Positions 61,785-64,000 of a DNA stretch of 64,000 nt are shown here, in pieces; the first letter of the stretch is position 1, and each line of letters opens with the position of its first letter. The notes under the pieces were generated by a model. The model searched no databases. It was not told where the DNA came from and saw only the letters and a list, made by a program, of their open reading frames with translations. The position numbers and the translations under genes were made by a program. The stretch covers positions 42,721-106,720 of the forward strand of contig JAJCZS010000037.1 in assembly GCA_029262275.1 (NCBI GenBank), written 5' to 3'. This DNA comes from Deltaproteobacteria bacterium (lineage in GTDB: Bacteria > Desulfobacterota_D > UBA1144 > Nemesobacterales > UBA2774).

Positions 61785-62327
61785 TTAATATTTATAGAAC
61801 TCTTCATCTTCTGGCGGGATGTCGAAATCAAATGACCCATTGTTTTTGAGCGCCTTGTAATCTTCTGCTGATAAATCAGGAAGCTGTTTTAGGAACGCAA
61901 CTATGGACCATATTTCCTGATCACTATGAGACAGACCAAATGCGGGCATTCCTGTCATTTTTATTCCGTTTTTTGTTACCCAAAATAGTTCTACAGCGCT
62001 AAGCTCTTCTGACTCTTCTGCAAGATCAGGAGGGCTTGGGTTAAAACCCTCAGCCGCTTCACTTCCAGGTCCACCGTGGCAGCCAACACACATATTGTCA
62101 TAAAGGTCGAATCCTGACTTTATTAATGAATCATCATTTAATTTGGCTCTTTCTATATTCTCTGAGTGTTTTTTTATTGAATATTTTTTTGTAGTGTTAA
62201 ATACCCATTCAGCTAATAGTGAATGAGGTTCAGTTGCAGCAATGTTATAGGTTCCAGAATAGATAAATACAAACAACCCTGCAATTAATAATATCAAAAC
62301 TAATATAACAGTTTTAATAAATCCCAT
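61785..62327 (-). CDS. Membrane-anchored monoheme cytochrome c
   Basis: CVGCH heme motif; GIKMTGMPAF. Confidence 0.9.
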   Translation of the reverse strand: MGFIKTVILVLILLIAGLFVFIYSGTYNIAATEPHSLLAEWVFNTTKKYSIKKHSENIERAKLNDDSLIKSGFDLYDNMCVGCHGGPGSEAAEGFNPSPPDLAEESEELSAVELFWVTKNGIKMTGMPAFGLSHSDQEIWSIVAFLKQLPDLSAEDYKALKNNGSFDFDIPPEDEEFYKY

Positions 62328-62463
62328 TTATAATCCCCCGTTTCAATTAAAAATTTAGCCACTCTAAGATATTAATCCTGATATTCATGAATTTATATTA
62401 TGATTAGCTTATTGGAACTATACTCTCAACTATATTATCATAAATTAATAGAGTTTTGCAGTT

Positions 62464-63999
62464 TTATAATCTTATTTCTATACCTCCACCAGCTCCAAAC
62501 TCTGAATAATACTGCCCTACGAGAGATAACCACTTATTAATCATCACTGCACCTCCAGCTTTCCACTCCCACTTGCTCTCGGTGTCGAACTGAAGCTCCC
62601 CAAAGGCACTCAGCCGCTCAGTAAGATCTATTTCTTTATCAAGAATTATTCTTAGATCAGCATCAGTATCTATCCAAACAGTACTATCTATGAGTAATGG
62701 CAGTAAGTACCTCACCCCAAATATTCCGCGAGTATCTTGCTCTTCATTAGTAATATCAATCCCTCCAAATGCTGTTATAAAACGGTTGATATATCTATTA
62801 TATGTAAGCACGATTTCATAGTCTTCTTCTTCCCATCCTGCTTCCCATGTAGCACTGATTGTGTTTCTTGTATTTGATATCGCAGCTGTTCCTTCAGTCA
62901 TCTGACTTAGTATTCTCACATCCGCCCAGTAGTAGAGAGGGTCCTTGTATAGATTGGGCCTCATCTCTTTAATGTCCGGATCAATGTCTGAGCCCACGTA
63001 ACTTACAATTCGTGACATGCCTGCCTTCATATGATAGAGAACATGGCAATGGAAAAACCAGTCTTTTTCCTCATTTGCTTCAAACTCAATTACTACAGTT
63101 CCAAGCGGGGGGACATCAACTGTGTGCTTTAGGGGCGAGTATTCTCCTTGTTCATTTAATACCCTGAAAAAATGACCGTGGAGATGCATCGGGTGGTGCA
63201 TCATAGTTGTATTATTAAGTATAAATCTTACATTCTCGCCCTTACGAATTAGTATTTTGTCATCTTCATTGATTGTCATTCCATTTATCGACCATACGTA
63301 CCTCTCCATATCGCCCGTTAGATTAAGTACTACTTCTCTAGTCTGGTTTTCTGATGGCAAAGTGGTTTCCTCCAGTGAGCGCAAGTTGTCATATGGAGGA
63401 AGCGGTCTTGGATTCTTAGGCATGTTCATCATATCAGACATTTCCATTTGATCATGTCCCATATTTTCATGCATTGTATGGTCCATTTCCATCTCTGAGT
63501 GACCCATCATCTGAGAATGATCCATCTTATATAAATTTGGTCTGGGAATATTCGGGGCTAATACTTGTGCACCTTCTCCAATAAATAGTGACGCATGACC
63601 TGAGCCGTCCTGTGCTGTAGCACGGAATTCATATGAACCGCCATCGGGAACTGTTAAGATCACATCATATGTTTCGGCTATAGCCATTAGAATTCTATCG
63701 GTATCAAAAGGCTCTACATCAACACCATCTGCAGCGATTACTTTCATCTCACCACCAGCATAGTTGAGATAAAAATAGCTAGATCCACCAGCGTTAATTA
63801 TTCTCAGTCTCACATCCTCTCCAGGCTCTGTTTTTAGGGTGGACTGGGGCTTTCCATTAATTAAGAAAGCATCGTATGCGACGTCTGATATATCCATTGG
63901 AGGCATTCTTCGAATTGAGCGCTTTAGATTATCCATTACAGCATGATTTTTGATAACTCCAAGCACAGTCTGCTTACCGCCTTTCTTAAAAGATTGATA
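62464..63999 (-). CDS. Multicopper oxidase (CopA-like) with C-terminal beta-strand domain; 5' truncated by window edge
   Basis: HPMHLHGH and HCHVLYHMKAGM; Met/His-rich linker; frame stays open to the edge (YQSFKKGGKQT before the listed start). Confidence 0.9.
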   Translation of the reverse strand, partial: YQSFKKGGKQTVLGVIKNHAVMDNLKRSIRRMPPMDISDVAYDAFLINGKPQSTLKTEPGEDVRLRIINAGGSSYFYLNYAGGEMKVIAADGVDVEPFDTDRILMAIAETYDVILTVPDGGSYEFRATAQDGSGHASLFIGEGAQVLAPNIPRPNLYKMDHSQMMGHSEMEMDHTMHENMGHDQMEMSDMMNMPKNPRPLPPYDNLRSLEETTLPSENQTREVVLNLTGDMERYVWSINGMTINEDDKILIRKGENVRFILNNTTMMHHPMHLHGHFFRVLNEQGEYSPLKHTVDVPPLGTVVIEFEANEEKDWFFHCHVLYHMKAGMSRIVSYVGSDIDPDIKEMRPNLYKDPLYYWADVRILSQMTEGTAAISNTRNTISATWEAGWEEEDYEIVLTYNRYINRFITAFGGIDITNEEQDTRGIFGVRYLLPLLIDSTVWIDTDADLRIILDKEIDLTERLSAFGELQFDTESKWEWKAGGAVMINKWLSLVGQYYSEFGAGGGIEIRL

Positions 64000-64000
64000 T

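Overview
AT-rich, gene-dense bacterial chromosome segment, mostly housekeeping. I saw no rRNA, tRNA, CRISPR array, transposase, integrase or phage gene. It holds an rpoN-hpf-ptsN-hprK-rapZ-EIIA cluster, leuCD, eno, hemW, dprA, ugd, topA, ispG, mutL, yacG, efp, an ECF sigma/anti-sigma/Spy-like trio and the rimP-nusA-infB-DUF503-rbfA-DHH-truB-rpsO-pnp-miaA operon. A multicopper oxidase/cytochrome c/TlpA/CcmH block sits at the right edge. The OprB-type porin (left) and the multicopper oxidase (right) are cut by the window edges. Gene order and the outer-membrane genes point to a diderm, Deltaproteobacteria-like lineage, possibly Ca. Dadabacteria (inference only). I found no clear new multi-gene system. 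The best leads are: (1) an EF-P with Gln at the normally modified Lys34/Arg position; (2) a near-consensus sigma54 site overlapping a sigma70-like promoter of rpoN; (3) a 53-aa membrane ORF missing from the ORF track; (4) structured leaders before rimP and before an orphan HxGH nucleotidyltransferase; (5) a TolC-MacA-ATPase operon with no permease; (6) a secreted protein with three repeated domains and three repeat-rich lipoproteins. All product calls come from motif recognition by eye, with no database search.
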